DNA from: an uncultured Peptococcaceae bacterium
GTDB taxonomy: Bacteria > Bacillota > Dehalobacteriia > UBA7702
Length of the DNA stretch: 64,000 nt
Assembly (NCBI GenBank): GCA_964637365.1
Contig: CAZWWH010000005.1
Span: 18,980-82,979, forward strand
Direction of reading: 5' to 3'
How positions within the stretch are numbered: position 1 is the stretch's first letter; each line of letters starts with the position of its first letter. Position numbers and translations under genes: made by a program. Below are positions 9,565 through 20,196 of this stretch, piece by piece. The notes under the pieces are model-generated. The model saw only the letters and a list, made by a program, of their open reading frames with translations, was not told the DNA's origin and did not search any database.

Positions 9565-10649
9565 CGGGGTATCGTGCTTTTAATGATATCAATAGTTTTT
9601 GGATGGAGCATCCCGGCGTTGACGATGATATTGTCATCAGCAGCCGTGTGCGGTTGGCCCGCAATTCTGCGGACTTTCCTTTTTCCGAACAAATCACCGT
9701 TCAGGAGGAACGAAAGTTTCTGGAGCGAGTGGCGGCCATCCCCAACCGCAAGGAGGAGAATGGCTTTGAGGATTTTGACTTCATTGACTTGTCCTTAATC
9801 CCCGTAGAGGAAAAACAAGTTCTGGTAGAAAAACATCAAATCAGCCCGGCGTTGGCCATGGCCGAAGGTGCTACGGGGTTGTTGATTAACGCTGCGGAAA
9901 CCATATCAGTGATGGTCAACGAAGAGGATCATTTGCGAATTCAAAGCATTTTCCCAGGACTTTCGGTGCGAGACTGCTGGCGAAAGGCTTCCGCCGCTGA
10001 TGATATGATTTCTCAATATATCCCCGCTGCCTTTGATTCCCGCTGGGGGTATTTGACCAGCTGCCCCACGAACGCCGGTACAGGAATGCGGGCATCTGCC
10101 ATGCTTCATCTGCCGGCCATTACAATGACAGGGCAGGTCAAACGGTTCCTGGGAAATTTGCCTAAATACGGTTTTACCTTCCGTGGCTTGTACGGCGAAG
10201 GTTCAGCCTGCAAGGGGAATCTCTTTCAGATTTCCAACCAGATTACCATGGGTGTTTCCGAGGAAGAGATTATCGGCCAACTCATGGACATTGTGAGCAG
10301 CATCGTGAAACGGGAACGGGAAATGCGGGAAATCCTGATGGAGAGGGAACGCCTTCAGCTGGAGGATCGTGTGATTCGAGCCGAAGCGCTATTGACCCAC
10401 GCCAAACTTCTAACCGTTGACGAAGCCTTTGACCTTCTTTCCGACCTACGTCTCGGTATTGACCTAGGCATTTTAAAACAGTATAATCCCAAAATTTTTA
10501 ATACGTTGATGATTCAATCTCAGGTGCCCGTGCTGGAAAAATTTGCGCGGGAAACCAGAAATTCACAGAATAAAATGACGCCGTTGGAACAAAACCAACA
10601 ACGTGCAGATTTGATTCGTAAAAAATTGATCGGAGGTGCAAAATCATGA
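9561..10649 (+). CDS. mcsB: McsB, protein arginine kinase
   Basis: Phosphagen-kinase core 'NEEDHLRIQ', 'CPTNAGTGMRASAMLHLP'. Its start overlaps the mcsA stop. Confidence 0.95.
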   Translation: MTGYRAFNDINSFWMEHPGVDDDIVISSRVRLARNSADFPFSEQITVQEERKFLERVAAIPNRKEENGFEDFDFIDLSLIPVEEKQVLVEKHQISPALAMAEGATGLLINAAETISVMVNEEDHLRIQSIFPGLSVRDCWRKASAADDMISQYIPAAFDSRWGYLTSCPTNAGTGMRASAMLHLPAITMTGQVKRFLGNLPKYGFTFRGLYGEGSACKGNLFQISNQITMGVSEEEIIGQLMDIVSSIVKREREMREILMERERLQLEDRVIRAEALLTHAKLLTVDEAFDLLSDLRLGIDLGILKQYNPKIFNTLMIQSQVPVLEKFARETRNSQNKMTPLEQNQQRADLIRKKLIGGAKS

Positions 10650-13105
10650 TGGATCGTTTTACCAACGGTTCTCGGCGTGTGATTGAAACGGCGGTCAACA
10701 TCGCCCGTCAGCTTCACTCGTCGGTAGTGGGAACCGAACATTTATTGGCGGGGATCGCCTATACGGAGACTTGTGTCGCCGCGAAAATCCTCGCGCTGCT
10801 TCAATTTGACAAGCAAGGTTTTTTCCGTGCCTTACGGGAAACTGCGGAACAGGGCAATGTGCCCCATTCCATTGACTTCAGTCCTCGTTCCAAACATGTT
10901 TTTGATTTGGCGCGGGAGGCAGCTGCGGAACAAAAAGTAAATTATATCGCTACGGAACATATTCTCATTGGCATTTTGCGAGAAGACGAGGGTTACGGCG
11001 CTCAGGCTTTGGCCGATGCCGGCATTACCGAAGACCGTGTGTGGGAACTGCTGGTGAGCGACGGCAACGCCGCTCCTTCCGGTGCGCCTATGGCTTCCGG
11101 CGGAGGCGGGAAAAATGCCTATCCTGGTGGGAATAAGCCTCATAGTGCTGCCACCAAGGAATTGGATAAAAACAGCCGTGACCTTACCGCCATGGCCCGT
11201 CAGGGGGATCTTGACCCCGTCGTGGGCCGTGACCGCGAAATTGAGCGTGTGGTACAGATTCTCTCCCGCCGCAGCAAAAACAACCCGGTACTCATCGGGG
11301 AACCTGGCGTGGGGAAAACCGCTATTGCCGAAGGCTTAGCCCAGCGTATTGCTGCAGGAACCGTGCCCCAAAACATCATTGACAAGCGTGTTCTTGCCTT
11401 GGACTTGTCTTCCCTGGTGGCGGGAACCAAATACCGCGGTGAGTTTGAGGAACGTTTGCAGACGATTTTGAAGGAAATCAACGGCGCCAAGAATATCATC
11501 CTCTTTGTGGATGAACTCCATACCTTGGTGGGAGCGGGCTCCGCCGAAGGGGCCATGGACGCCGCCAATATTTTAAAACCCGCTTTGGCGCGTGGGGAAC
11601 TCCAATGTGTCGGCGCAACGACCTTGGATGAATACCGCAAATACATCGAAAAAGACGCCGCTTTGGAACGGCGGTTCCAGCCAGTCATCGTGGATGAGCC
11701 CACGCCGGAAGATACCATTGAGATTTTGAAGGGGCTGAAGGACCGTTACGAAGCTCATCATCGTGTCACCATTACCGATGATGCCATTGACGCGGCGGTG
11801 AAACTCTCGGTACGTTATATTACCGACCGTTTCCTCCCGGATAAAGCCATCGATCTCATTGATGAAGCCTCTTCCAAGGTTCGTATCGGCGCTTACCAGG
11901 CTCCTCCGGATTTGAAGGGCTTAGAGGATGCGTTAGAGGCGGTTCAGAGGGAAAAATCTGAAGCCGTCAACAATCAGGATTATGAAAAAGCGGCGGAGCT
12001 TCGTGATAAGACCAAAAACCTGAAGGAAGAATTGGAAAACAAGAAGAAGGAATGGCAGGCTTCCCAAAGCTCCGCGGATTTGTCGGTCACAGCCGATGAT
12101 ATTGCTGATGTGGTGTCCCTATGGACGAAAATCCCCGTAAGCCGCTTGCAAAGTGAAGAAAAGGAACGCTTGCTTCATTTGGAAGAAACCCTTCATCAGC
12201 GCCTGATCGGCCAGGAGGAAGCGGTAAAGGCTGTCAGCAGCGCCATTCGCCGGGCCGGTGCCGGCTTGAAAAACACCAAACGTCCCATTGGCTCCTTTAT
12301 CTTCTTAGGGCCTACCGGCGTCGGCAAAACGGAATTGGCCAAATCCTTGGCTGAGGCGGTATTCGGCTCCGAAGACGCCATGGTGCGGATTGATATGTCA
12401 GAATACATGGAACGCCATACCGTGTCCCGTTTAGTGGGGGCTCCTCCCGGATATGTGGGACATGATGAGGGTGGTCAGCTTACCGAGGCGATTCGGCGGA
12501 ATCCCTACTCCGTGGTTCTGTTGGACGAAATCGAAAAAGCCCATCCAGAGGTATTCAACATCCTTTTGCAGGTATTGGATGATGGTCGGCTCACCGACTC
12601 TGTGGGACGTACCGTGGATTTCCGTAACGCCATTATCATTATGACCTCTAATGTTGGCGCTCAAAATGTTTACAGCACCAACAAGAGCTTGGGCTTCCTC
12701 TCCGATGAGAACGCCGATGAAAACGAAGATATGCGGGAAAAATACATGGCCGATCTAAAATCGGTATTCCGTCCCGAATTTATTAACCGTGTTGATGAAA
12801 TCATCGTATTCCATCCTTTGGATGAGGAAAATATTGTGGCCATTGCCTCGCTGATGCTCAAGGAATTGTCCGTGCGGTTACAAGAACAGAACATCACCTT
12901 AAAAGTGACTGATGATGTAAAGAAATACCTGGCTGAAACAGGCTATGATAAAACCTTTGGCGCACGTCCATTGCGTCGCACCATATTGCAAAAAGTAGAG
13001 GATCCCATGGCCGACGCTCTGCTCCGAGGAGATTTCTCCGAAGGAGATACAGTGGAAGCTGTGATGGGAGAAGACGGAGCCATTGCTTTCCGCAAAGTAT
13101 CATAA
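10646..13105 (+). CDS. clpC: ClpC, AAA+ ATPase subunit of Clp protease
   Basis: Clp N-domain repeats, two Walker A motifs ('GEPGVGKT', 'GPTGVGKT'), a UVR linker, 819 aa. Consistent with ctsR operon synteny. Confidence 0.97.
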   Translation: MMDRFTNGSRRVIETAVNIARQLHSSVVGTEHLLAGIAYTETCVAAKILALLQFDKQGFFRALRETAEQGNVPHSIDFSPRSKHVFDLAREAAAEQKVNYIATEHILIGILREDEGYGAQALADAGITEDRVWELLVSDGNAAPSGAPMASGGGGKNAYPGGNKPHSAATKELDKNSRDLTAMARQGDLDPVVGRDREIERVVQILSRRSKNNPVLIGEPGVGKTAIAEGLAQRIAAGTVPQNIIDKRVLALDLSSLVAGTKYRGEFEERLQTILKEINGAKNIILFVDELHTLVGAGSAEGAMDAANILKPALARGELQCVGATTLDEYRKYIEKDAALERRFQPVIVDEPTPEDTIEILKGLKDRYEAHHRVTITDDAIDAAVKLSVRYITDRFLPDKAIDLIDEASSKVRIGAYQAPPDLKGLEDALEAVQREKSEAVNNQDYEKAAELRDKTKNLKEELENKKKEWQASQSSADLSVTADDIADVVSLWTKIPVSRLQSEEKERLLHLEETLHQRLIGQEEAVKAVSSAIRRAGAGLKNTKRPIGSFIFLGPTGVGKTELAKSLAEAVFGSEDAMVRIDMSEYMERHTVSRLVGAPPGYVGHDEGGQLTEAIRRNPYSVVLLDEIEKAHPEVFNILLQVLDDGRLTDSVGRTVDFRNAIIIMTSNVGAQNVYSTNKSLGFLSDENADENEDMREKYMADLKSVFRPEFINRVDEIIVFHPLDEENIVAIASLMLKELSVRLQEQNITLKVTDDVKKYLAETGYDKTFGARPLRRTILQKVEDPMADALLRGDFSEGDTVEAVMGEDGAIAFRKVS

Positions 13106-13123
13106 ATATAATATATGGCTAAA

Positions 13124-13158
13124 GAATCCCGACGTCTTATGACGTCGGGATTCTTTCT
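13124..13158 (+). terminator. rho-independent terminator after clpC
   Basis: 13-bp perfect stem GAATCCCGACGTC / GACGTCGGGATTC with a TTAT loop, followed by TTTCT. Confidence 0.85.
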
Positions 13159-13288
13159 ATGGAGCGAAAGGTTGGAAAGAATAAAATTAATCAGGGATGA
13201 AACTGTGATTTTTAAGGGAAAGACTTTTCTTTTCCTTATATATGTAGTATAATCATAATGGAATATCATAATATGGAGAAACAGGAAC

Positions 13289-14647
13289 TTGAAAAAAAGC
13301 AAAAGCGTTTTTGTTTGTGATAATTGTGGATATGAAAGCGTAAAATGGGTGGGGAGATGTCCCATTTGCGATGCTTGGAATTCTTTCAAGGAAGAGCGGT
13401 TGACCCCTCAACCCCGAGGCGGCATTCGATTGGCTTCTTCCTCGTCAGAGGCATGTCCTGTGGGGGAAGTAAATCTCGACGAAGGACAGCGCCTCTCTCT
13501 TTTTGACGAAGAGTTGGATTTGATTTTTGGTGGAGGCCTCGTCATTGGTTCTGTAGTATTACTGGGCGGCGAGCCCGGCATTGGCAAAAGTACCTTTTTG
13601 ACTCAATTAGCGGCGGAGTTTGCCCGCCATCATGGTAAGGTGCTCTATGCTACCGGTGAGGAATCCCTTAAGCAGGTACGTCTCCGGGCCGAACGCATTG
13701 AAGCAGAGAACAAAGACTTCTATCTGCTGGCGGAAAACAACCTTTCCGCTGTTACGGAAAATGTGAAAAAAATTCAGCCCAAAGTCCTAATTATCGACTC
13801 CATTCAAACACTTTTTGATGATACTTTGGATTCGATTCCAGGCAGTGTTGGACAAATTCGGGAATGCACTGCCAAGCTTTTGGAGCTGGCTAAGAAAAAC
13901 CAGGTAACGGTGTTGATCGCCGGTCACGTCACCAAGGAAGGGGTCATTGCCGGGCCTCGTCTGTTGGAGCATATGGTGGACGTGGTGCTTTATTTTGAAG
14001 GCCAACGCCACCAGGGCTTCCGCATTTTGCGTTCGGTAAAAAACCGTTTTGGTTCCACCAATGAAGTGGCGTTGCTGGAAATGACGGAAAAGGGCTTGTT
14101 GCCCTTTCATAATCCTTCGGCGATTTTCCTAGCTCAACGGGGCGATGCCGCTCCCGGCAATGCTGTCAGCGCCATTATGGAGGGAACGCGGCCGTTTCTT
14201 TTGGAAATTCAGGCTCTTGTGGCCAAAACGCCCTATGGTAATCCCCGAAGGCTTGCTACCGGTATAGAATTTAACCGTTTGCTTTTGATTATCGCCGTGC
14301 TGGAAAAGGTGGTGGGGCTGCCCTTAGCCATGGAGGACGTCTATCTGAACATCACCGGCGGCATGAAAATAGACGATCCTTCCTCGGATTTGGCAGTGGC
14401 TGCCGCCATTGTTTCCAGTTTTCGGGGACTCCCTTTGAAGGAACATACCATTCTTTTGGGTGAAATCGGCCTTGGCGGCGAAGTACGCGGCGTTGGGGAA
14501 ATTGATAAACGTATCAAAGAAGGGAAAAAATTCGGCTTCGATACCTTTATCATTCCGTCATTTCTCTTGAAAGAGCTGAAGGACATGGAGGGAGCCAATT
14601 TGGTTCCGGTAAAAACGCTGAAGGAAGCGTTATCACATATATTTTAG
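13289..14647 (+). CDS. radA: RadA/Sms DNA repair protein
   Basis: N-terminal zinc finger 'CDNCGYESVKWVGRCPIC', Walker A 'GEPGIGKST', 'KNRFG' motif and a Lon-like C-terminus. TTG start. Confidence 0.95.
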   Translation: MKKSKSVFVCDNCGYESVKWVGRCPICDAWNSFKEERLTPQPRGGIRLASSSSEACPVGEVNLDEGQRLSLFDEELDLIFGGGLVIGSVVLLGGEPGIGKSTFLTQLAAEFARHHGKVLYATGEESLKQVRLRAERIEAENKDFYLLAENNLSAVTENVKKIQPKVLIIDSIQTLFDDTLDSIPGSVGQIRECTAKLLELAKKNQVTVLIAGHVTKEGVIAGPRLLEHMVDVVLYFEGQRHQGFRILRSVKNRFGSTNEVALLEMTEKGLLPFHNPSAIFLAQRGDAAPGNAVSAIMEGTRPFLLEIQALVAKTPYGNPRRLATGIEFNRLLLIIAVLEKVVGLPLAMEDVYLNITGGMKIDDPSSDLAVAAAIVSSFRGLPLKEHTILLGEIGLGGEVRGVGEIDKRIKEGKKFGFDTFIIPSFLLKELKDMEGANLVPVKTLKEALSHIF

Positions 14648-14658
14648 GAGTGATGTAT

Positions 14659-15744
14659 ATGCGCATGGAAGGTAACTGGCAAAGAGACTTACGCAACGCC
14701 TTGGAATTAATCGCCCCGGGTACCGTAATTCGTGAAGGGGTAGAAAATATTTTGAGGGCCCATACCGGCGGTCTTTTGGTGATTGGCGATGGCCCTGACG
14801 TCCGTAATATTGTGGAAGGTGGATTTTTGATTAACGAAGAATTGAATGAGGCTCGCCTTTATGAATTGGCTAAAATGGACGGTGCGATCATCCTCGACGA
14901 AAAAGGTGAGAATATTTGGCGGGCCAATGCCCAGTTACAGCCGTTATCGGAATTGAAATCCGATGAAACGGGGATTCGACATCGAGTGGCAGCCCGCACC
15001 GCGGCGCAAACCGGCGCTATCGTCATTGCTGTGTCCCAACGCCGTTCTATGATTACGATCTATCTTGGACGGAAAAAATTCATTCTTTCGGATATCGGTA
15101 CTCTTTTGACCAAAGCTAACCAGGCACTGCAAACCTTGGAGCGCTATTGCCAGGAGTTAAAAAAAGAACTGGATAATCTCAGCATGTTGGAATTCGATGA
15201 TATGGTTCTCGTAAATGACGTCGTGAAGGTGGTGCAGCGTGGGGAACGAGTGAAGCGTATTTCTGACGAATTGGATTTTTATCTTATCCAAATGGGGATC
15301 GAAGGACGTTTGATTCGCATGCAGATGGATGAGGTAACCTCGGATCTCGGCACGGAAAGTCATAGCGTGCTTTTAGATTATGCGGAAATAAATGATAAAA
15401 AGAGTATTCAGGAATTGGAAAAACGGTTGTCTGAAATGGACGATGAGGACTTGATGGATAAAACTTCTGTCGCTAAATTCCTTGGTTTGGGCAGCGGCAG
15501 CGACTTGTTGGAGCATCCCCTTTCGACCAGGGGATACCGTATTTTAAGCCGTGTACCCCGTTTGCCGGCTCCTATTATCAATAATATTGTGGAATACTTT
15601 GGCGGTGATTTCCAGCAAATTGTCAGAGCCTCTATTGAAGAGTTGGATGATGTGGAAGGCATCGGGACTGTGCGTTCCAATACCATTCACCGCAGCTTGT
15701 TGCGGCAGCGGGAGTATGCCAGTAATCATCCCATCAACTTGTAA
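14659..15744 (+). CDS. disA: DisA, DNA integrity scanning protein / diadenylate cyclase
   Basis: DAC domain 'GGLLVIG...DGAIILD...GIRHRVAAR' and a C-terminal HhH. Follows radA as in B. subtilis. Start is ambiguous (GTG 14650, ATG 14653/14659/14665); 14659 best fits AGGAG at 14646-14650. Confidence 0.9.
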   Translation: MRMEGNWQRDLRNALELIAPGTVIREGVENILRAHTGGLLVIGDGPDVRNIVEGGFLINEELNEARLYELAKMDGAIILDEKGENIWRANAQLQPLSELKSDETGIRHRVAARTAAQTGAIVIAVSQRRSMITIYLGRKKFILSDIGTLLTKANQALQTLERYCQELKKELDNLSMLEFDDMVLVNDVVKVVQRGERVKRISDELDFYLIQMGIEGRLIRMQMDEVTSDLGTESHSVLLDYAEINDKKSIQELEKRLSEMDDEDLMDKTSVAKFLGLGSGSDLLEHPLSTRGYRILSRVPRLPAPIINNIVEYFGGDFQQIVRASIEELDDVEGIGTVRSNTIHRSLLRQREYASNHPINL

Positions 15745-15855
15745 GCGTTGGGATTCCGCTTTCAAAGCGAATCCCCATGATATGATATATAGGAATTGTA
15801 TGGATTATGGGAGAGAATTTTTGTGAAGGAAGATGAATCAAAGGAGGTGAAAAAA

Positions 15856-16923
15856 GTGAAGTATATTCGGACTGTTTTACGATTTATTTTAGTCATCGTT
15901 GGCATGATTGGTTCCTATTTTTTGGCTGCCTATGTGATGGATTTATTTTTCCCCGCAGTGGATACCTTGGTACATTATATCGTTGTTATCCTGTCTGGGA
16001 TTCTTGTTGGTCTTATTCTGTTTCTTTTTTCTTCTCACATCGTGCGCGGCTTGGAAGTTTTTTGCGGAACTGTTGTTTCCAATATGGCAAAGCGTTCCTC
16101 TCGGGAATTATTGGGGGGATGTGCCGGATTGATTTTGGGCTTGATGATTGCCAATCTCATTGGGAATCCACTGAGAGAATTAGCCTGGGGGCCTTACGTT
16201 ACCATGGTTTTATCCATTTTTCTCGGTTATGTAGGGTTTTGGGTTGGTATTGGTAAAAAGGATGAAATCGGACGTTATTTGAATCGACCCAAACAGCAAA
16301 AGGAAAAAATTAATAAAAAGGAAGCGCGTTTTGCGGCGCCTGCGGTGTTAGATACCAGTGTTATTATTGACGGACGTATTGCAGATATTTACCGTACAGG
16401 GTTTATCCAATCTCAGCTGATTTTACCCAATTTTGTTTTGGATGAATTGAAACGGGTGGCTGATTCTCCTGATCCTTTAAAAAAGAATCGGGGTCGCCGC
16501 GGGATGGACATCCTCAACGATTTGCAAAAGGATTATCCCGATGCCTTCATCAAAACCAATATGGATTACGAAGACATCAAGGAAGTGGATATTAAGATCA
16601 TTCGTCTGGTCATGGACATGAAGGCCCGAATTTATACCAATGATTTTAACCTGAATAAAATGGCTCAAGTGCAGAATGTCACGGTGCTCAATATCAACGA
16701 CCTGGCTAACGCTGTGAAAATGGTGGTGTTACCAGGGGAAGAACTGATTGTCCGAATCATTAAGGAAGGCCGCGAGGCAGATCAGGGGATTGCTTATTAT
16801 GATGATGGTACCATGATTGTGGTAGAGGGCGGTAAAGCCTACTCTGGCGTGACTTTAACCGTAGTTGTGACCAGTGTGCTGCAAACTACGGCAGGACGGA
16901 TGATTTTTGCGAAACCAAAGTGA
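15856..16923 (+). CDS. yacL: YacL-like membrane protein with PIN and TRAM domains
   Basis: N-terminal TM helices, PIN 'VLDTSVIIDGRI', C-terminal TRAM-like 'GEELIVRIIKEGREADQGIAYYDDGTMIVVEG'. GTG at 15856 lies 6 nt after AAGGAGGTG. Synteny with disA. Confidence 0.85.
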   Translation: MKYIRTVLRFILVIVGMIGSYFLAAYVMDLFFPAVDTLVHYIVVILSGILVGLILFLFSSHIVRGLEVFCGTVVSNMAKRSSRELLGGCAGLILGLMIANLIGNPLRELAWGPYVTMVLSIFLGYVGFWVGIGKKDEIGRYLNRPKQQKEKINKKEARFAAPAVLDTSVIIDGRIADIYRTGFIQSQLILPNFVLDELKRVADSPDPLKKNRGRRGMDILNDLQKDYPDAFIKTNMDYEDIKEVDIKIIRLVMDMKARIYTNDFNLNKMAQVQNVTVLNINDLANAVKMVVLPGEELIVRIIKEGREADQGIAYYDDGTMIVVEGGKAYSGVTLTVVVTSVLQTTAGRMIFAKPK

Positions 16924-17142
16924 GACTGATGGCGGAATATTCTGCATGGTGCTAATATGCTTCCATTGATTCAATGTATCCGGCGATGTATTCGACGGTG
17001 CTATGGGTATGAAAACCGTGCGGTGTCTATTTTTTGTTGATATGCTAATATTTTTATATATCACATAAAATTCTGACGGAAATTTTCTTTGCCCTATGGT
17101 AAGGCTTGCGGTATAATAACACTGGAAAGAAAGAACAATACC

Positions 17143-18321
17143 ATGAAAATCAGTGTGATTATTCCTGCTGCCGGCTCCGGTCGGCGGTTAGGGAAGGATA
17201 AAAATAAAATACTTCTTGATTTTTTGGGAAAGCCAGTGTTGGGATACAGTCTCGATTTGTTTTCCCGAGAATCTCAGGTTGCGGAGATTATCATTGCCGC
17301 TGCCCAGGGAGAGGAGGTGCTTTGTGATGCCATTGCCCAAAAGTATTGCGGTGAAACTCCCTTTAAAGTGGTGACCGGCGGAGCAGAGCGTATGGATTCC
17401 GTATGGCACGCTTTGGAACGGGTTTCACCCGCCGCCGATTATGTGATGGTTCACGATGGAGCCCGCCCCTTCTTGGACAAGGCGACGCTGCGGCGTCTGT
17501 TGACGGCGGAATTTACCGATGGCGCCATTTTGGCCCTGCCGGTAAAGGAAACGGTAAAGGCGGTTTCCGCTGCCGGAGACAGTAAGATGATTATATCAAC
17601 TGTGCCGCGCCAAAATTTATATCATGCCCAAACGCCTCAGCTATTTCGTAAGGAAGCGCTGATGGACGCATATAAAAAAGGGATTGCCGAGAGCTTCACT
17701 GCCACTGACGACGCTTCTCTGGCAGAAAATCTCGGTTATCATATCCGAATCGTCGAAGGCTGCGAGGACAACGTAAAAATCACCACGCCGCACGATTGGG
17801 AAACATCATTGCTGAAGGAGAGCAGGAAAATGATACGAATCGGCTCCGGTTACGATGTTCATATTTTAGGCCCTGACCGTCCTTTGATTTTAGGCGGTGT
17901 CGCCATTCCCTTTGAACGGGGCCTAGTGGGACATTCCGATGCTGATGTGGCTGTTCATGCCCTGATGGACGCACTGTTGGGCGCCATGGCTATGGGTGAT
18001 ATCGGTCAGCATTTTCCCCCCTCGGACGATGCCTATTTGAATGCCGATAGTATAGAGCTGTTAAAACATGTTTTTGAAATGATGGAGAGAGAACATTTTC
18101 ATTTAGTCAATGCGGATTTGACGATTATGGCGGAACGGCCGAAAATGGCCCCCCATATCAAAGAAATGAGAGAAAACATCGCCGCCGCGTTGCAGGCCGA
18201 TATTTCACAAATCAGTGTGAAAGCCACCACAACAGAAAAGCTCGGTTTCGTCGGCAGGGAAGAGGGCATCGCCGCTTCGGCTGTGGTTTTACTGGAACAA
18301 CTTGACTCGGAACGAAATTAG
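17143..18321 (+). CDS. ispDF: bifunctional IspD/IspF (MEP cytidylyltransferase fused to MEcPP synthase)
   Basis: N-terminal '[12 protein letters not shown]' (IspD) and C-terminal '[10 protein letters not shown]...[12 protein letters not shown]...TTTEKLGF' (IspF) in one frame. Confidence 0.92.
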   Translation: MKISVIIPAAGSGRRLGKDKNKILLDFLGKPVLGYSLDLFSRESQVAEIIIAAAQGEEVLCDAIAQKYCGETPFKVVTGGAERMDSVWHALERVSPAADYVMVHDGARPFLDKATLRRLLTAEFTDGAILALPVKETVKAVSAAGDSKMIISTVPRQNLYHAQTPQLFRKEALMDAYKKGIAESFTATDDASLAENLGYHIRIVEGCEDNVKITTPHDWETSLLKESRKMIRIGSGYDVHILGPDRPLILGGVAIPFERGLVGHSDADVAVHALMDALLGAMAMGDIGQHFPPSDDAYLNADSIELLKHVFEMMEREHFHLVNADLTIMAERPKMAPHIKEMRENIAAALQADISQISVKATTTEKLGFVGREEGIAASAVVLLEQLDSERN

Positions 18322-18333
18322 GAGGAATCGACA

Positions 18334-20184
18334 ATGGAATACACTGTCAATTTTAAATCCCATGGCAAAAGTGTTGCCGTGGAAGAAGGAAAAACTATTC
18401 TTGACGCCGCCGCCTTGGCCTCTATCGCGGTGGAAGGGAACTGTGGCGCAGCCGGTACCTGCGGCAAATGTAAAGTCCATGTAGTAGAAGGCTTTGACCC
18501 CAAGGCGGAACGTATCGGCGCGAAATTCTTTACGGAAGAGGAAATGAACGAAGGTTGGGTTCTGGCCTGCAAATATGAAGTGCATCAGGACCTCACCGTG
18601 GAAGTACCCATCCAGAAGGATGCATTTAGCCGTAAAACGAAGCTGAATTCTCTGTTGGACAACATTAAAATTAATTCCCCCGTGAAAAAAGTCTATCTGG
18701 AAATGGAAAAGCCCTCCATTCAAGACCAATGTCCGGACTTTGAGCGGATCATCCGCGCTTTGGAGCTCGACATCACAAAACAAAAACCCACCAGAGGTTT
18801 GTTGGCCATTATTCCCAAAACCTTGCGCGACAATCAATTCTGTGTCACTGCTGTGGTCAATGGTGATGATCTGATGTGGCTTGAAGGCGGCGATACGACT
18901 GACAAAAAATATGGTATGGTATTTGATATCGGCACCACCACTGTGGTGTGCTTGCTGATTAACTTGGAAACCGGTGATATTGAAGGCGCTGCTGCTGAAA
19001 CCAATCCTCAGAATGTCTTTGGCGCCGACGTTATTTCCCGTATCAACTACGTCATCTCCAAACAGGAAACAGGCGAAGGTTTGGCTCAGTGCCATGAAAA
19101 GGTCACTACCTGCATGAATGATTTAGCATTGCGCGCCGTGGCCGAGGCTGGCGTGGACAAATCCATGGTTTACGAAGCTACCGTGGTAGGGAATACCACC
19201 ATGAGTGAATTATTCGCCGGCGTGGATCCCTCTTATCTGGCTCCATCTCCTTTTATTCCGGGCTACGTTTCCGGCGTTCATATGACAGGGAAGGAATTGG
19301 GTTTCGATATCAATCCGGAAGCCCATGTTTACCTCTTGCCCAATATCGCGGGGTACGTCGGTTCCGATACCGTTGGCGTCATTTTAGGTACCCATATCCA
19401 TGAACGTCCCCAGTATAGCGGCGCTATTGACGTCGGCACCAACGGGGAAATCGTGCTGGCGGGGAATGGCCGTATTTTGGCTTGCTCCACCGCTGCCGGT
19501 CCTGCTTTTGAAGGTGCGCAAATCAAGTTTGGGATGCGCGCTGCCGAAGGCGCCATTGAGGCCGTCTACATTGACAACGAAGCCGGTACCTGCAAGGTGG
19601 ACACCATTGGCGATAAAAAAGCGAAGGGCATCTGTGGTTCCGGTATCCTCGATGCTATCGCTCAGCTCTATAAAAATAATATCATTGATTTCCGCGGCAG
19701 ATTCCGCGGGGACGCCGAAGACATTCATCCCGATTTGAAGGAACGCATGATCAAAACCGATGAAGGCTATGAATTCGTTTTGACCACTGCCGAAGAATCT
19801 GTCAAAGGCCGTCCCGTGGTGATTTGTCAGAAGGATATTGGCGAACTCCAGTTGGCCAAAGGCGCCATTTACGCTGGGTTCAAAGTGCTCATGTCGGAAA
19901 TGGGCATCACTGTTGACGATATGAAGGAAATCATGATCGCCGGCGCTTTCGGCAGCTATATTAAGGTAGAAAGCGCCATGGCCATTGGGCTCTTCCCTGA
20001 ATTGCCCAACGGCAAAATTATTTCCATTGGGAACGCCGCCTCTGAAGGGGCCAGATTGGCGTTGGTATCTCAGGAAGAACGGGAGCTCTGCGCTGAATTG
20101 GCCAGAAAAGCTGAATATATTGAGCTTTCCAGCCGTAACGATTTCCAGGATGAATACATTATGGCAATGTATTTACCCCAGTAA
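18334..20184 (+). CDS. RACo/AcsV-like corrinoid activation protein (2Fe-2S ferredoxin domain plus ASKHA ATPase domain)
   Basis: N-terminal 'GNCGAAGTCGKCKV...WVLAC' plant-type ferredoxin cluster motif. ASKHA-like 'GMVFDIGTTTV' and 'GAIDVGTNGEI'. 616 aa. Confidence 0.75.
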   Translation: MEYTVNFKSHGKSVAVEEGKTILDAAALASIAVEGNCGAAGTCGKCKVHVVEGFDPKAERIGAKFFTEEEMNEGWVLACKYEVHQDLTVEVPIQKDAFSRKTKLNSLLDNIKINSPVKKVYLEMEKPSIQDQCPDFERIIRALELDITKQKPTRGLLAIIPKTLRDNQFCVTAVVNGDDLMWLEGGDTTDKKYGMVFDIGTTTVVCLLINLETGDIEGAAAETNPQNVFGADVISRINYVISKQETGEGLAQCHEKVTTCMNDLALRAVAEAGVDKSMVYEATVVGNTTMSELFAGVDPSYLAPSPFIPGYVSGVHMTGKELGFDINPEAHVYLLPNIAGYVGSDTVGVILGTHIHERPQYSGAIDVGTNGEIVLAGNGRILACSTAAGPAFEGAQIKFGMRAAEGAIEAVYIDNEAGTCKVDTIGDKKAKGICGSGILDAIAQLYKNNIIDFRGRFRGDAEDIHPDLKERMIKTDEGYEFVLTTAEESVKGRPVVICQKDIGELQLAKGAIYAGFKVLMSEMGITVDDMKEIMIAGAFGSYIKVESAMAIGLFPELPNGKIISIGNAASEGARLALVSQEERELCAELARKAEYIELSSRNDFQDEYIMAMYLPQ

Positions 20185-20196
20185 TTTTAGGATGTT

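Noticed and set aside
18289-19095. Long antisense ORFs inside well-supported genes. Examples are 18289-19095, 23817-24806, 49166-50041 and 60670-61518, plus many 60-170-aa ORFs inside clpC, mfd and gltX.
   Set aside because: They are shadow frames opposite strongly conserved coding sequences. They lack RBSs and give implausible translations rich in H/R/F/G.
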